Assembly (NCBI GenBank): GCA_963809895.1
Contig: CAWELD010000010.1
Span: 1,120,001 to 1,184,000 of the forward strand
Reading direction: 5' to 3'
Origin: an uncultured Gemmatimonadales bacterium
GTDB lineage: Bacteria; Gemmatimonadota; Gemmatimonadetes; Longimicrobiales; Gaopeijiaceae
Length of the DNA stretch: 64,000 nt
The notes beneath the pieces were generated by a model. It saw only the letters and a program-made list of their open reading frames with translations. It was not told the origin of the DNA and ran no database searches. The position numbers and the translations under genes were made by a program. The first letter of the stretch is position 1. Every line of letters starts with the position of its first letter. Shown one piece after another: positions 1-11,127 of this stretch.

Positions 1-504
1 TCGGTGGCGGCCTTCAGCTCCGGCACGCACCGGGCGCAGCCGGAGGAGCGGGTCCACGAGTTCGTGCGGGCCCTGGAGGCGTTGGTGGCGCCGGTGGGGA
101 AGGGCGGATTCAGGAGAGCCTTCCGCCGCCGTCCCGAGCTCTTCTTCGGGACGGGGCACCGCCAGCTTCTGGAGCGTCTCTACCGGGTGAAGCGGAGCGC
201 GGGCCACGCACGGGGTGTTCTCCGTCTCTACACGGGCCTCGGAGACCGCTTCGCGCGGCGCGTGGCGCTCTGGCACGACGCGGTGACGGCGGAGATTCTG
301 GTCCGGGGCGTGCTGCAGCGCCTCCTTCTGTCTCCGGAGCTCTGGCCCCACTTCCGCGACGAGGACTCGCTCGAACGCTTCTGGTCCGAGGACACCACGC
401 CCCAGGAGCGCGTGCGCCTGTGGGGCCGGCCCATTCCCGTCGAGGAGGCTCGCACGGCGTTCCGCGCCGAGGTCCTGCATCCCGAAGACCCGGACTTCCT
501 GTAG
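1..504 (+). CDS. 5'-truncated hypothetical protein, possibly a HEPN (ApeA-like) domain
   Basis: Open from the window edge to TAG at 504; 'FVRALEALV...LYRVKRSAGH' resembles the HEPN 'ALE..LY..RS..H' pattern. Confidence 0.45.
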   Translation, partial: SVAAFSSGTHRAQPEERVHEFVRALEALVAPVGKGGFRRAFRRRPELFFGTGHRQLLERLYRVKRSAGHARGVLRLYTGLGDRFARRVALWHDAVTAEILVRGVLQRLLLSPELWPHFRDEDSLERFWSEDTTPQERVRLWGRPIPVEEARTAFRAEVLHPEDPDFL

Positions 505-594
505 CGGACTCGGGTGCCTGCAGCCCCTCGGGCCATTCCGCCGTCCCGGACGCGTGGCTACCATAGTGCGCCCCGTCCCTCCGCCCCACCGGCC

Positions 595-2148
595 ATGCAG
601 CAGTCCTTCGACCTCGGCCCCGCACAGTCCGATCCCGGCGCGGTCCTCCGGGAGGTCTTCGGCTTCACGACCTTCCGGCCCGGACAGCGCGAGGTCATCG
701 AGGCCGTGCTGGCGGGCCGCGACTGCATCGCCGTCATGCCCACCGGCGCCGGCAAGTCGCTCACCTACCAACTGCCGGCCCGGCTCCTGGAAGGCACCGT
801 GCTGGTGCTGTCGCCGCTGATCAGCCTCATGAAGGATCAGGTGGACGCGCTGCTGCGGCTCGGCTTCCGCGCCGCGGAGATCAACTCCACCCTGGAGCCC
901 GAAGAGCGAGCGGCCCGCCTGTCGGCGCTGCGCCGGGGCGAATACGAGCTGGTCTATCTGGCTCCCGAGGCCCTGGACGGGCGGCTGCGAGACTTCGTCC
1001 AGGGGTGCCCCGTCTCGCTGCTCGTGGTGGACGAAGCACACTGCATCTCGCAATGGGGGCATGACTTCCGGCCCTCGTACCGCCGGCTGCGAGGCCTGAA
1101 GGACGAGCTGGACGTACCGGTCCTGGCGCTCACCGCCACCGCCACCCGCCAGGTGGCCGTGGACATCCTGCGCCAGCTCGGGATGCGTCAGCCCGCCGGA
1201 TACAAAGGGTCGTTCTTCCGGCCCAATCTGCGCATCGGGGTTCGCAAGAAGGGCAGCGGCAACACCCGGCGCGAGATCCTGGCGCTGATCCGTGAGCACG
1301 AGGGCGAGAGCGGGATCGTCTATTGCCTGTCCCGGAAGGCCGTGGAGCAGACCGCGGCCTTCCTCCAGGACCGGGGCGTGCGGGCCAGGCCGTATCACGC
1401 CGGCCTGGACGACGGCGAACGGGCCCGCAATCAGGAGGCGTTCCAGAAGGACGACGTGGACGTCATCGTGGCCACCGTGGCCTTCGGGATGGGCATCGAC
1501 AAGTCCAACGTCCGCTTCGTGATCCACCGGGACATGCCCAAGGACGTGGAGTCCTGGTACCAGGAGATCGGCAGGGCCGGCCGCGACGGGCTCGAGAGCG
1601 ACTGCGTGCTCTTCTATTCGTGGGCCGACGTGAAGATGCACGAGCGCTTCCTGTCGGACATCGAAGACCCCGAGGTCTGGCGGGAGAAGCGTCAGGGAAC
1701 GGTCAACCTGTTCGAGCTGGTGGAGGCGGAGCGGTGCCGGCACCAGGCCATCGTCGCGCACTTCGGCGAGGCCATGGCACCCTGCGAGGCCTCCTGCGAC
1801 GTCTGCACCGGCGTGACCGTGGCCGAGCGCGCGGCCGCCGCCATGGTGGGCCAATCGGGAACGGGGCTCCGTCGCCGCCCTCGCAGGTCCGCCGCCTCGA
1901 CGCCGTCCAGCGCTCTGCCGGTCGGCGACGACGACGAGGCCGCCTTCCAGTCCCTGCGTGCGCTCCGCAAGGAGTTGGCCGACCGGGAGGGCGTGCCGGC
2001 CTACATCGTCTTCAGTGACAAGGTGCTCCGGGAGATGGTGGCCCTCCGGCCGTCGTCGCCGGGGCAACTCCTGGAGGTGTCCGGGGTGGGGCCCGCGAAG
2101 CTGGAGCGCTACGGCGCCGTCTTCCTCGAGGCGCTGGCGGGTCTCTGA
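595..2148 (+). CDS. recQ: RecQ family ATP-dependent DNA helicase
   Basis: MPTGAGKSL Walker [39 protein letters not shown], Zn-binding C..CxxxCDVC, C-terminal HRDC ([15 protein letters not shown]). Confidence 0.95.
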   Translation: MQQSFDLGPAQSDPGAVLREVFGFTTFRPGQREVIEAVLAGRDCIAVMPTGAGKSLTYQLPARLLEGTVLVLSPLISLMKDQVDALLRLGFRAAEINSTLEPEERAARLSALRRGEYELVYLAPEALDGRLRDFVQGCPVSLLVVDEAHCISQWGHDFRPSYRRLRGLKDELDVPVLALTATATRQVAVDILRQLGMRQPAGYKGSFFRPNLRIGVRKKGSGNTRREILALIREHEGESGIVYCLSRKAVEQTAAFLQDRGVRARPYHAGLDDGERARNQEAFQKDDVDVIVATVAFGMGIDKSNVRFVIHRDMPKDVESWYQEIGRAGRDGLESDCVLFYSWADVKMHERFLSDIEDPEVWREKRQGTVNLFELVEAERCRHQAIVAHFGEAMAPCEASCDVCTGVTVAERAAAAMVGQSGTGLRRRPRRSAASTPSSALPVGDDDEAAFQSLRALRKELADREGVPAYIVFSDKVLREMVALRPSSPGQLLEVSGVGPAKLERYGAVFLEALAGL

Positions 2149-2229
2149 CCTGAAGAATCAGCCTGGACGTTCCGTATCGGAGCGCGAATACTGTCTTCAG
2201 GATTGACCCACCTCGAACGGAGGACCGAC

Positions 2230-3069
2230 GTGTCCGGACGCATCGCCAACAGCTGGGCGCTGGTGAAGGCCAGCGCCGATGTCCTGCGCATGGACAAGGA
2301 GCTCCTGGTGTTTCCGCTCCTGTCCGGGGTCGCCACGATCCTGGTCGCCGCCAGCTTCTTCGTGCCTCTGGCGCTCACCGGGGGCTTGCAGGCGCTGGCG
2401 GACCGCGGCGACAGCACCTACCTGGCCTATGTCGTGGGATTCCTGTTCTACCTCGTCCAGTACACGGTGATCTTCTTCTTCAACTCGGCGCTGGTGGGCG
2501 CGGCCCTGATCCGGATGGAGGGCGGCGACCCCACGATCAGCGACGGGATGAGCATCGCCATGGACCGCCTGGGGGCGATCCTGGGCTATGCGGCGCTGTC
2601 GGCCACGGTGGGCATGATCCTGCGCTTCATCTCGGAGCGCTCGGGCTTCCTGGGCCGCATGGTGGTCGGACTCGTGGGCGTGGGGTGGACCCTGGCCACC
2701 TATCTGGCGGTTCCGGTCCTGGTGACGCGGAACATCGGTCCGGTGGACGCGGTCAAGGAGAGCGCAGCCCTCTTCAAGCGCACCTGGGGTGAGCAGGTGG
2801 TGGGGAATTTCGGCCTGGGCGCGGCGGTATTCCTCATGACCATCAGCTGGACGCTGGTGGCGGCGGCTCTGGTGGCCGGCTCGGCCGCGCTCTTCCCACC
2901 CCTCGTGGTGCCCGCCATCGGCACCGCCATCCTGGGTTACATCGCGCTGGGCCTGGTGTCGTCGGCGCTCAAGGGTGTCTACACGGCAGCCCTCTACCGC
3001 TACGCCAGCACCGGTGAGGCGGGCCTCTTCGACCAGCGCGTGCTGGGCGGTGCCTTCCGGCAGAAATAG
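2230..3069 (+). CDS. Integral membrane protein (DUF6159-like)
   Basis: About 6 hydrophobic segments; 'DKELLVFPLLS', 'LFKRTWGE'; GTG start after a GGAGGA RBS. Confidence 0.7.
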   Translation: MSGRIANSWALVKASADVLRMDKELLVFPLLSGVATILVAASFFVPLALTGGLQALADRGDSTYLAYVVGFLFYLVQYTVIFFFNSALVGAALIRMEGGDPTISDGMSIAMDRLGAILGYAALSATVGMILRFISERSGFLGRMVVGLVGVGWTLATYLAVPVLVTRNIGPVDAVKESAALFKRTWGEQVVGNFGLGAAVFLMTISWTLVAAALVAGSAALFPPLVVPAIGTAILGYIALGLVSSALKGVYTAALYRYASTGEAGLFDQRVLGGAFRQK

Positions 3070-3150
3070 TCCACGGCTCAGCGCTCCCATTCCGCCGCGA
3101 TCTGTGTAGATTGCGGGCCCCCCTGCCGTTCTCCAGACCGCGGAGCGCAC

Positions 3151-3651
3151 ATGGCCAAGACGAACTCCTTCGACGTATCCACCGGCGTGGACCTCCAGGA
3201 GGTGGACAACGCCGTGAACCAGGCGCTCAAGGAGGTCGCCCAGCGCTACGACTTCCGGGGTACGGACTGCACCCTGGATTTCGACCGCAAGGAGGGCGTC
3301 GTGCGCCTGGAGGCCGACGACGACTACCGCCTCACGGCGCTGCTGCAGGTCCTGCGGGAGAAGCTGGTGCGCCGCGGGGTCCCCGTGAAGAACCTGGACG
3401 AGCGCGCACCCGAGGCGGCCTCGCTGGGCCGGGCCCGGCAGGTGGTGGGCCTCAAGCAGGGCATCGACCAGGACACCGCCAAGCGCATCGTGAAGTCGGT
3501 CAAGGACCAGGGATTCAAGAAGGTCCAGGTGGCGATCCAGGGCGAGGAGCTGCGCGTGTCCTCACCCTCTCGTGACGAGCTTCAGGCCGTGATCCAGTAC
3601 CTCAAGTCCCAGGACTTCGGGGTGGAGCTGCGGTTCGGCAACTACCGCTGA
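3151..3651 (+). CDS. yajQ: YajQ family nucleotide/c-di-GMP-binding protein
   Basis: SFDVS..DLQEVDNAVNQ, RYDFRG, KVQVAIQGEELRV, RDELQAVI, FGNYR. Confidence 0.95.
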   Translation: MAKTNSFDVSTGVDLQEVDNAVNQALKEVAQRYDFRGTDCTLDFDRKEGVVRLEADDDYRLTALLQVLREKLVRRGVPVKNLDERAPEAASLGRARQVVGLKQGIDQDTAKRIVKSVKDQGFKKVQVAIQGEELRVSSPSRDELQAVIQYLKSQDFGVELRFGNYR

Positions 3652-3671
3652 CCGAGCCGGAGGACGAGCCG

Positions 3672-4019
3672 ATGGACGTGCAGGTTTTCGGCACGCGCTC
3701 CTGCAGCGACACGCGCAAGGCGCTGCGCTTCTTCAAGGAACGCCGCATCAACATCCACTTCGTCGACCTCAAGCAACGCGCGGCCTCCAGGGGTGAGCTC
3801 AGGCGGTTCGTGCAGAAGTTCGGAGTGGACGAGGTCCTGGACCGCGACTCGAAGCGCTTCGCGAATCTGGGCCTGCGCCAGGCGGCGTACGGGCCGGATC
3901 GCTGGCTCGAGATCATGGAATCCGAGCCCCTCGTGCTACGCACCCCTCTGGTCCGCTTCGGGAAGGATGTGACCGTGGGCCATCGGGAAGAGGTCTGGAA
4001 GGACTGGGTGGCCCGTTGA
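3672..4019 (+). CDS. ArsC/Spx/MgsR family protein
   Basis: 'FGTRSCSDTRKALRFF', 'PLVLRTPLV'. Confidence 0.85.
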   Translation: MDVQVFGTRSCSDTRKALRFFKERRINIHFVDLKQRAASRGELRRFVQKFGVDEVLDRDSKRFANLGLRQAAYGPDRWLEIMESEPLVLRTPLVRFGKDVTVGHREEVWKDWVAR

Positions 4020-5950
4020 CGCTCCTCACCGTCTCCGGCCTGCGGTTGGAGCGGGGCGGACGTCCGATCCTGGACGGTCTCGGATTCTCGGTGGCCCGGG
4101 GGGACCGCTGGGGCATCGTCGGGCGCAACGGGACCGGGAAGACCTCGCTCTTTCGGGCGCTCACCGGTGACCTGGCCCCGGCCGCCGGGACCGTTCAGAC
4201 GGCCCCCGGGGTTCGCCTCGCGTTGCTGGATCAGGATCGCAGCCTGGACGGGGCCGATACCCTCTGGGACCTGGTAGCCGCACCCTTCGCGGAGCTCCTG
4301 GCCCTGGGCCGGCGGCTGGAAGTGCAGGCCGCGGCGCTGGCGCGGGATCCCTCCGACGAAGCGCTGGCCCGGTACGATCACGATCAGGAGCGCTTCCGAC
4401 GCGAGGGAGGATGGGAGGTCCAGACCCGCGTGGACCGGGTCCTGGAGGGACTGGGATTCGACCCGTCGGAGGCCCGGGAGCGTGATCCCACCACGCTCAG
4501 CGGCGGGGAGCGAGGCCGGGCCGGCCTGGCTCGGCAACTGGTGCTGCCGGCCGACGTCTATCTCATGGACGAGCCCACCAACCACCTGGATCTGGAGACC
4601 ACCCGCTGGCTGGAGGAGCACCTGAAGTCGTTGGAGGCGGCGGTGCTGGTGGTCAGCCACGACCGGGCCTTCCTGGACGATGTCGTCGATCACGTGCTCC
4701 ACCTGGAAGCCGGCGGCGGAGTCGCGTACGACGCCGGGTACCGGGCCTTCGTCGAATTGCGTGCGGCCGCCCGCGAAGCGCGGCGCCGCGCCTACGAGAA
4801 GCAGCAGTCCGAGATCGCCAGCGAGGAGGAGTACATCCGTCGCAACATCGCGGGCCAGAACACCCGTCAGGCACAGGGACGACGGACCCGCCTGGCTCGG
4901 CTCCCGCGCCTGAGCCCGCCCCCCACCGAAGAGGACGCCATGGCGCTCCAACTGAAGGCGGGCGAACGCGGGGGTGACCAGGTCCTGGTCGTGGACAGGG
5001 TCTCGGTGGAGGTCCATGGACGGGTGCTGGTCTCGGACTTCGGTGCCACCGTGCGGCGTGGCGAGGTGGTGGGCATGGTGGGCCCCAACGGCGCCGGCAA
5101 GACCACGTTGCTGCGAGCGCTGCTGGGTGAGCATGGGCTCGCCCACGGCGAGGTGAGACTGGGGGCGGGCATCACACCGGGCTACTTCCGCCAGGACCTC
5201 TCGCAGGTGGACCCGGCACGCTCGATGTTCGACATCGTCCACGATCGCCGGCCTTCCTGGGACCGGGGCCAGGTGCAGGGACATCTGGGACGCTTCGGCT
5301 TCCAGGACGAAGAAGTGCGCCGGCTCGCCGGCACGCTCTCCGGGGGCGAGCGAGCCCGGCTGGCCCTGGCGCTGCTGGTGCTCAGCCGGGCCAACCTCCT
5401 GGTGCTGGACGAGCCCACCAACCACCTGGACGTGCCCTCCATCGAGGCGCTGGAGGACGCGTTGGCGGGCTACGATGGGACCGTGCTGCTGGTGAGCCAC
5501 GACCGCGCGCTCCTGAGGACGCTCACCACCCGGGTGTGGGACCTGCGTGAGGGAACGGTCCAGGACTTTCCGGGCTCGTTCGAGGAGTGGGAGGTCCGTG
5601 AGGAGGAGGCGCGCCGGCTGCGGGAGTCCGTGGCCGCCGAGTCCAGGCGCCAGGAGCTGGCCGCCAAGGGGCCCAGCGAGGCCCAGCGGCACCGGGAGGC
5701 CCGCAAGGCACGTCAGTCGTCGCTGCGCACCGCTCGCCGCGCCGTGGAGGAGACCGAGGAGATGGTGCACGGCCTCGAGGCCAGGGTGGCGAAGCTGGAG
5801 GCCGAGCTGGCCCATCCCGAGCTCTACGATCGCGACGACGCCGCCGAGCGAGCCACCGAGCTGGCGTCCAACCTGGATCGGACCCGCAAGGAGCTGGAGG
5901 AGGCGATGGCGGCCTGGGAAAAGGCCGTCGGCGAGCTCGAGGGCTGCTAA
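4016..5950 (+). CDS. ABC-F family ATP-binding protein (Uup-like)
   Basis: Two ABC domains (GRNGTGKT, GPNGAGKT; LSGGE twice; DEPTNHLD twice), no TM segments, C-terminal coiled coil. Confidence 0.92.
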   Translation: MTLLTVSGLRLERGGRPILDGLGFSVARGDRWGIVGRNGTGKTSLFRALTGDLAPAAGTVQTAPGVRLALLDQDRSLDGADTLWDLVAAPFAELLALGRRLEVQAAALARDPSDEALARYDHDQERFRREGGWEVQTRVDRVLEGLGFDPSEARERDPTTLSGGERGRAGLARQLVLPADVYLMDEPTNHLDLETTRWLEEHLKSLEAAVLVVSHDRAFLDDVVDHVLHLEAGGGVAYDAGYRAFVELRAAAREARRRAYEKQQSEIASEEEYIRRNIAGQNTRQAQGRRTRLARLPRLSPPPTEEDAMALQLKAGERGGDQVLVVDRVSVEVHGRVLVSDFGATVRRGEVVGMVGPNGAGKTTLLRALLGEHGLAHGEVRLGAGITPGYFRQDLSQVDPARSMFDIVHDRRPSWDRGQVQGHLGRFGFQDEEVRRLAGTLSGGERARLALALLVLSRANLLVLDEPTNHLDVPSIEALEDALAGYDGTVLLVSHDRALLRTLTTRVWDLREGTVQDFPGSFEEWEVREEEARRLRESVAAESRRQELAAKGPSEAQRHREARKARQSSLRTARRAVEETEEMVHGLEARVAKLEAELAHPELYDRDDAAERATELASNLDRTRKELEEAMAAWEKAVGELEGC

Positions 5951-7678
5951 CCTCGCCCCAGCAGTTGCTTGAGCCGGTCCAGGAACGAGCGCGGCAGTGC
6001 TCGCCGCACCACGCCCCGGGCGGCGCCACGCCGGGCCATGCGGCGGATGCCCGGCGAGTCGCCCACCTGCACTTCCACGAGGGTCGGACCCGGACCGGTG
6101 AGCGGCTCGGTGACGGCGGCGTGGAAATCCCCCTCGAAGCGGCGGTACCGGACGCCCAGCGCGTCGGCCAGGCCCTCCATGTCGGGATTCAGGAGCTCCA
6201 CCGACGAGAGTCGGCCCCAATCGCGCATCTGCTGGAGCCGGATGAGGTTGAGGTGCCCGTCGTTGAAGACCACCACCACCACCGGGATCTCCTCGCGCAC
6301 GGCGGTGAGGAGCTCCATGGCCGACATGATGAGCCCACCGTCGCCGATCACGGCCACCACGGGCCGCTCGGGCGCGGCCAGCCCGGCCCCCAGCGCCGCT
6401 GGCAGCCCGAAGCCCATGGACTGGAAGTCCGTGGGCATGACGAGCCCCCGGGGAGCCAGCACGGGGAAGTGCCGGCGGGCCAGGTACTGGTGCAGGCCCG
6501 AATCCGTCACCAGGACGGCGTCGCGGGGCAGCGCCGCCCGTAATCCCCCGAAGAAGGCGGCAGCCGTACCGGGCTCGACACCGTGGACGCGGGGCTCGGG
6601 ATCGGCGGACGGTCCGGCCACCCGATCGCGCCAGCTGGCGATGTCGGCGGCGGTCCAGGCCGCCGTGGGCGCCGCCGAGCCCAGCGCCTCCAGGAGCGCC
6701 GGCACCAGATCCTCCACGCGGGCGTTCAGCAGCATGCGAGCCGGGTAGTTCGCGCCCAGCGCCTCGGGATCCGTGTCCACGTGGACGAGGTGTTCCTCGG
6801 GGAGCCGCAACCGGAATCCCCCGGAACCGTTGTGCCCCAGCTTGCATCCCAGGGCCAGGATGAGGTCCGCCCGCTCCAGCGTCTCGTTCAGCGCTGCGAG
6901 CCCGCCCCGCAGGTATTCGAACGCCAGTGACAGGGGATGATCTTCGGGGACCGTCCCTCGTCCGGAGGGCGTGGTCACCACCGGCGCACCCAAGCGCTCC
7001 GCCAGGCGGACGACATCGGCTGCGGCGCCGGCGGCACCCTGTCCGAGGAGGAGGATCGGTCGCTGGGCCCTCAAGGTCACCGTCGCCAGCTCGGGCAGGC
7101 GCCTGGTCCACGCGTCCGCGGCCCCGGCGACCCCCACCTCGGTGACCGGGCTCGAGGCTGTCTGCGCCGCACGGCCCGCCACGGCGCTCGGCGGCGAGAT
7201 GGAGGACCACGGGCCCCGGCTCGCCGCCCAGAGCGACCCTGTGGGCCTGGCGTACCGCCTCGGCCATCTCGTCCGGCTCGTCCACCCGCACCACGGCCTT
7301 CACCAACGGCTCCGCCATGGCCTCCTGGGGGATGGCCTGGTGCAGGAACCGCCGGGTGGCGCTGTGCGCGGGTTGGCCGACCAGGTGCAGCAACGGCACC
7401 GAGTCCAGCCGCGCCTCGGCGAGCCCCGGGAAGGCGTAGGTGAAGCCGGGCCCGGGGATGGTCACCAGCACGCCGACCCGTCCCGAGGCCCGGGCGTAGC
7501 CGTTGGCCATGAACGAGGCGCCGAGCTCGTGCGACGTGAGCACCGTCGTCAGGGAGCTGGCCCGGAGGGCTTCATAGAGCTCGACGTTCTGGGTCCCGGG
7601 AAGCCCGAACACGTGGCGCACGCCCAGCTCCTCCAGCGTGCGGCAGAGGATCTCGCCACCGCTCAGCTCGGCGCTCAC
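5947..7678 (-). CDS. Thiamine pyrophosphate-dependent enzyme (acetolactate synthase large-subunit-like), with a frameshift near 7190
   Basis: N-terminal 'VFGLPGTQN..HELGASFMANGYAR..PGPG' is in one frame; middle and C-terminal 'SMGFGLPAALG..GDGGLIM..FND' are in another. Confidence 0.8.
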
Positions 7679-8737
7679 CCGGAGTCTCCACGGTCGCAGG
7701 GTCCGGACTACGCGGCCCGCCGCACCCCGAGCGCGTCGCAGCAGCCGCGCCCGGGCCTGGGCCCGGCGCCAGCGCGCGCTGGGTGTCGACTGCAGCTCCA
7801 GGGACAGCGTCAGGTCGCCGCCGAGCTGGCTCTTGAAGCGGGTCACCGGATTCAGGCTCGCGTCGGTGAGGTCCACGCCCGCGTAGCCCCGCTCGGCCAG
7901 CGCCTCGAAGGAGCGCCAGCGCAGGAAGGGGTTCGTGCCCAGCGACGCGTGCTCCTCGTCGGCGGCCGCGGAGACGATGTGCGCCACCGGAACCGGTCCC
8001 AGCAGCACCAACTGGGTGGCCACCGCCCGCCCGTCCGGGAGCCGCGCGTGATAGAGGGTGGCGAGCTCCTGCCTCCGGGCCGATTCGACGAAGGAGCGAA
8101 AGGCCTCCCGTGGCAGGTAGGCGTCCCGATCCTTGCGGTCCATGGTGGTCTCGTGAAGGCGGTAGAAGCTCTCGAAGTCGTCGTCTTCCGTGACGGTGAG
8201 CCCCTCCTTCTCGGCCCGGCCCACCAACCGCCGCGCGTTCTGCTCCACGCGCTTCCACGCGGCTTCCATGTCGTCGAGCGGCACCACGTAGCTGTAGGTG
8301 GGAAACGCCGACCATCCCCGGGCGAGGAAGGCGCGCACGTCGGACAGCCCCGGAAGACACTTGAGAGCGACGCGGTCCAGTCCCGCCGTCTCCAGCCACT
8401 CCGCCATGGCCCACATGACCTTCAGATAGCGGGAGGTGCGCTCCGAGGGATAACGCGTGTCGTAGCGACGCAGGACGGGCCCGTTGTAGTAGAGGAGAAG
8501 ACGGGGCGAGGCCACGCGTCCGCCGGTCCGGTCCTCGTCGTAGAGGGCGAGGCCACCGGCGAGCTCCTCACCACGATAGACCCCCAGCACGCGGAACCGG
8601 CCGCCGGTGGCGGAGCAGAGGGCGTCCAGGTATCCGGGCAGGGCGTACGGACTGCCTTCCGGGCACTCGGCCACGAACGAGGCCCACAGGTCGTAGTCGC
8701 TCTCGGGAATCAGCGCCGTGGAGATCTCGGATGCCAT
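7675..8737 (-). CDS. FemAB/Acetyltransf_6-like GNAT protein; stop codon apparently missed because of a 1-nt indel
   Basis: 'RRLVGRAEKEGLTV', 'FYRLHETTM', 'VTRFKSQLGG'; removing one base near 7692 gives RRGDSG* overlapping the next GTG. Confidence 0.75.
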
Positions 8738-8750
8738 ACGGTGGGGCGGG

Positions 8751-9959
8751 TCAGTTGGAGGGTCGCCGTCCGGGCAGACGACGCACGAGGGAGGCGCTGA
8801 GGTTGTGCGCGGCTTCGCGTAGGGCCGGCATGGGGTCGTCCCAGGAGAAGATGGGCCTGTCCGAGCCGGTCCAGGAGCGCAGCAGCTCCAGCGGCCCCGC
8901 GCGCCGGGCCTTCATGGCGTCCAGGAGGGCATAGAAGTCGTAGCGTGGATAGGCCAGCCGACGCCCCACCGCGTAGTCCAGGGCCGGGGGCACGTCGTAC
9001 CCCAGCGCGTCCTGGTAGGCCATGCCGACCACGTCCACCCCGCAGCGGGCGGCGAACTCGACGTACCACCAGGGGCGGGCGTTCACTTCGAGCAGCCGGA
9101 AGGTGCCGTCGCGGGGGTCCAGCTTGAACTCGGCGCTGTAGACGCCTCGAAACCCGATGCCGCCCAGGAGGGACTCCACCGCGTCCACCGCGGGTCCGGC
9201 GTCTGCGGCCGGGATCGTCCGCATGTAGCTGCTGTTGCCGAAGTCGGTGGGGTACATGCGCAGGCGCTGCCGTACCAACCGGCCGCGCACCTGGCCCGCC
9301 ACGTCCATGAACCCGTCCACGAAGTAGTGATGCGTGGCGGGTCCCGGCACGTACTCCTGGATCACGACCTGGAGGCCATCCTCCGCCAGCTGCGGCACCA
9401 GCTGCCGCACCTCGTCGGGCCCCGACGCCCGCAGCGCCTTCACGCCCATCTTCCAGAAGAACTTCTGGGAATCGCGGGGCTTCACGAACATCTGCTCCAT
9501 GGGGAGCCGGTCCAGGTCCGCCAGATCCTCGGGGCCGTCCACCACCAGGGTGTGCGGATGGGGCGTACCGGTCTGCTGGAGCAGGCGGGCGAACTCGCCC
9601 TTGTCCACGAGCTGATCCTGCACCTCCGGTGGCGGCAGGCTGGCGGGAAAGCGGTCGCGGAGCGACGGCTCCAGACTCGCCAGCGTCCGCGCCCAGGCGT
9701 CGGACGAAGGGATGAGCACGGCCCGCTCCAGGGGGAGCGCCTGCAGGTAGGACGAGAGCTCCTCCACGTCGTTCCTGGGGAGGGGCTCGTCGGCCCGCTC
9801 GAACCAGCGTGAATACGGCACGACTCTCTGGTCTCGCGATACGACCCGGAGCGGGATGCCCCGGCGTCCCAGAAGGCGGATGACACCCAGCAGCGTGATC
9901 CCCCCTCCGAACACCAGGGCCGGCGGATCAGCGGCGCCCTCGGAGCGACGTGCGCTCAT
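8751..9959 (-). CDS. ATP-grasp carboxylate-amine ligase (D-aspartate-ligase-like)
   Basis: 'LIPSSD', 'LVDKGEF', 'FVKP', 'IQEYVPG', 'AEFKLDPRDG..LLEVNARPW'. Confidence 0.85.
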   Translation of the reverse strand: MSARRSEGAADPPALVFGGGITLLGVIRLLGRRGIPLRVVSRDQRVVPYSRWFERADEPLPRNDVEELSSYLQALPLERAVLIPSSDAWARTLASLEPSLRDRFPASLPPPEVQDQLVDKGEFARLLQQTGTPHPHTLVVDGPEDLADLDRLPMEQMFVKPRDSQKFFWKMGVKALRASGPDEVRQLVPQLAEDGLQVVIQEYVPGPATHHYFVDGFMDVAGQVRGRLVRQRLRMYPTDFGNSSYMRTIPAADAGPAVDAVESLLGGIGFRGVYSAEFKLDPRDGTFRLLEVNARPWWYVEFAARCGVDVVGMAYQDALGYDVPPALDYAVGRRLAYPRYDFYALLDAMKARRAGPLELLRSWTGSDRPIFSWDDPMPALREAAHNLSASLVRRLPGRRPSN

Positions 9960-9967
9960 GGGTTTCG

Positions 9968-10922
9968 TCAGCCTTCCTGCCCCGCTGCGTCCGCCACCAG
10001 GGCGATCCAGCGGCCGTCGGGGCTGACGGCGAGGCGCGAGAGGGTGACGCCGTCGAGCTCGGCCACCGGCTGCCACCCTGGCGACGCGGTGTCCCAGCGG
10101 TACAGCGTGCTTCCCGAGGCCTGCAGGAGGACGCCGGCGGGCGTCCATGCGTGGTAGTCGCCCCCATCGAGTCCCGGGGCGTAGTCCTCGGCGTCGCCGC
10201 GGTCGAGATCCCAGATGCGGATGCGGGTGGCTCCCTCCTCGTCGTGCTGCACGAAGCTCACGGCGTGGCGTCCCGGGACCGGTTGCAGCGAGCGGCCGAT
10301 GTCGGTGGCGACGATCTGGGCGTTGCCACCGCTGACCGTGGCCAGGCGCAGGGTGGCTGGATCGCCCAGCACGAAGAGCGCCAGGGTGTCGGTGTCGAAC
10401 CAGGCGTGGTATCCCACGGGCGCCACGTCGGGCAGAAGCACCGACGGCGCGGTGCCGTCCATGCCGAACCGCCACAGGCGCTGCGTGGAGTCCGCCTCGA
10501 CGCGCACCGCGCTGAACCCGTCGCCCGAGGGCATGGGCGTGGCGGAATACTCGCTTTCGGGCTCCGTGCGCGTCACGGGCGTCACCTGGTCGGTATTGGG
10601 GTCCCACCGCCAGATGTCGGTGTGCTCCCCGTCCTGACGCGTGAAGAGGAAGCCCCCGCCCGACAGGAAGGTCGGCTGGTTGTCGTAGCCCGGGTGATCG
10701 GTGACGTTGCGCACTTCGCCCAGGCTCAGTGCCTCATCGTCGTTCACCAGGAGCTGCGCCCACGAGGATGTCGGGGCCCTGGGATTCCACGAGGGGTGCG
10801 GCCGCCACCGCCGCTGCCGAGTCCGCCTGCGGAGCGCCGCCACCGCTGCCCTCGCCACCGCAGGCTGCCAGCGCCGCGGCGAGGACGAGGGTCGGGGCCA
10901 CGGAAGAACGTCGAGGGCGCAT
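9968..10922 (-). CDS. TolB-like beta-propeller lipoprotein, with a frameshift near 10760
   Basis: Lipobox 'LAAC' in ORF 10734-10922 joins 'NVTDHPGYDNQPTF..RLAVSPDGRWIALV' in ORF 9968-11071. Confidence 0.7.
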
Positions 10923-11127
10923 GTGGATCCATCCGCTGGGGTACGAGGAGGTGACCCTGCAAACGGGGCCCTGAGCCCGCTCGCGGCAAGTCCCGGCCCG
11001 CCCGACGACCAGCCGGTGAGCCCGTGTCTCGTTCGTGCCGGCCCACTCGTTATCGAGGAAAAGTGCAGCACGACGGATTCATGGAGACGAATTCCCGGCA
11101 GCCGGCTGTCGGGCCGGAGGGGTGACG

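Noticed and set aside
3602..8737. 1711-aa giant ORF
   Set aside because: Composite of the GNAT, the TPP N-terminus and a stop-free off-frame/antisense run over the ABC-F gene; explained by indels and high GC.
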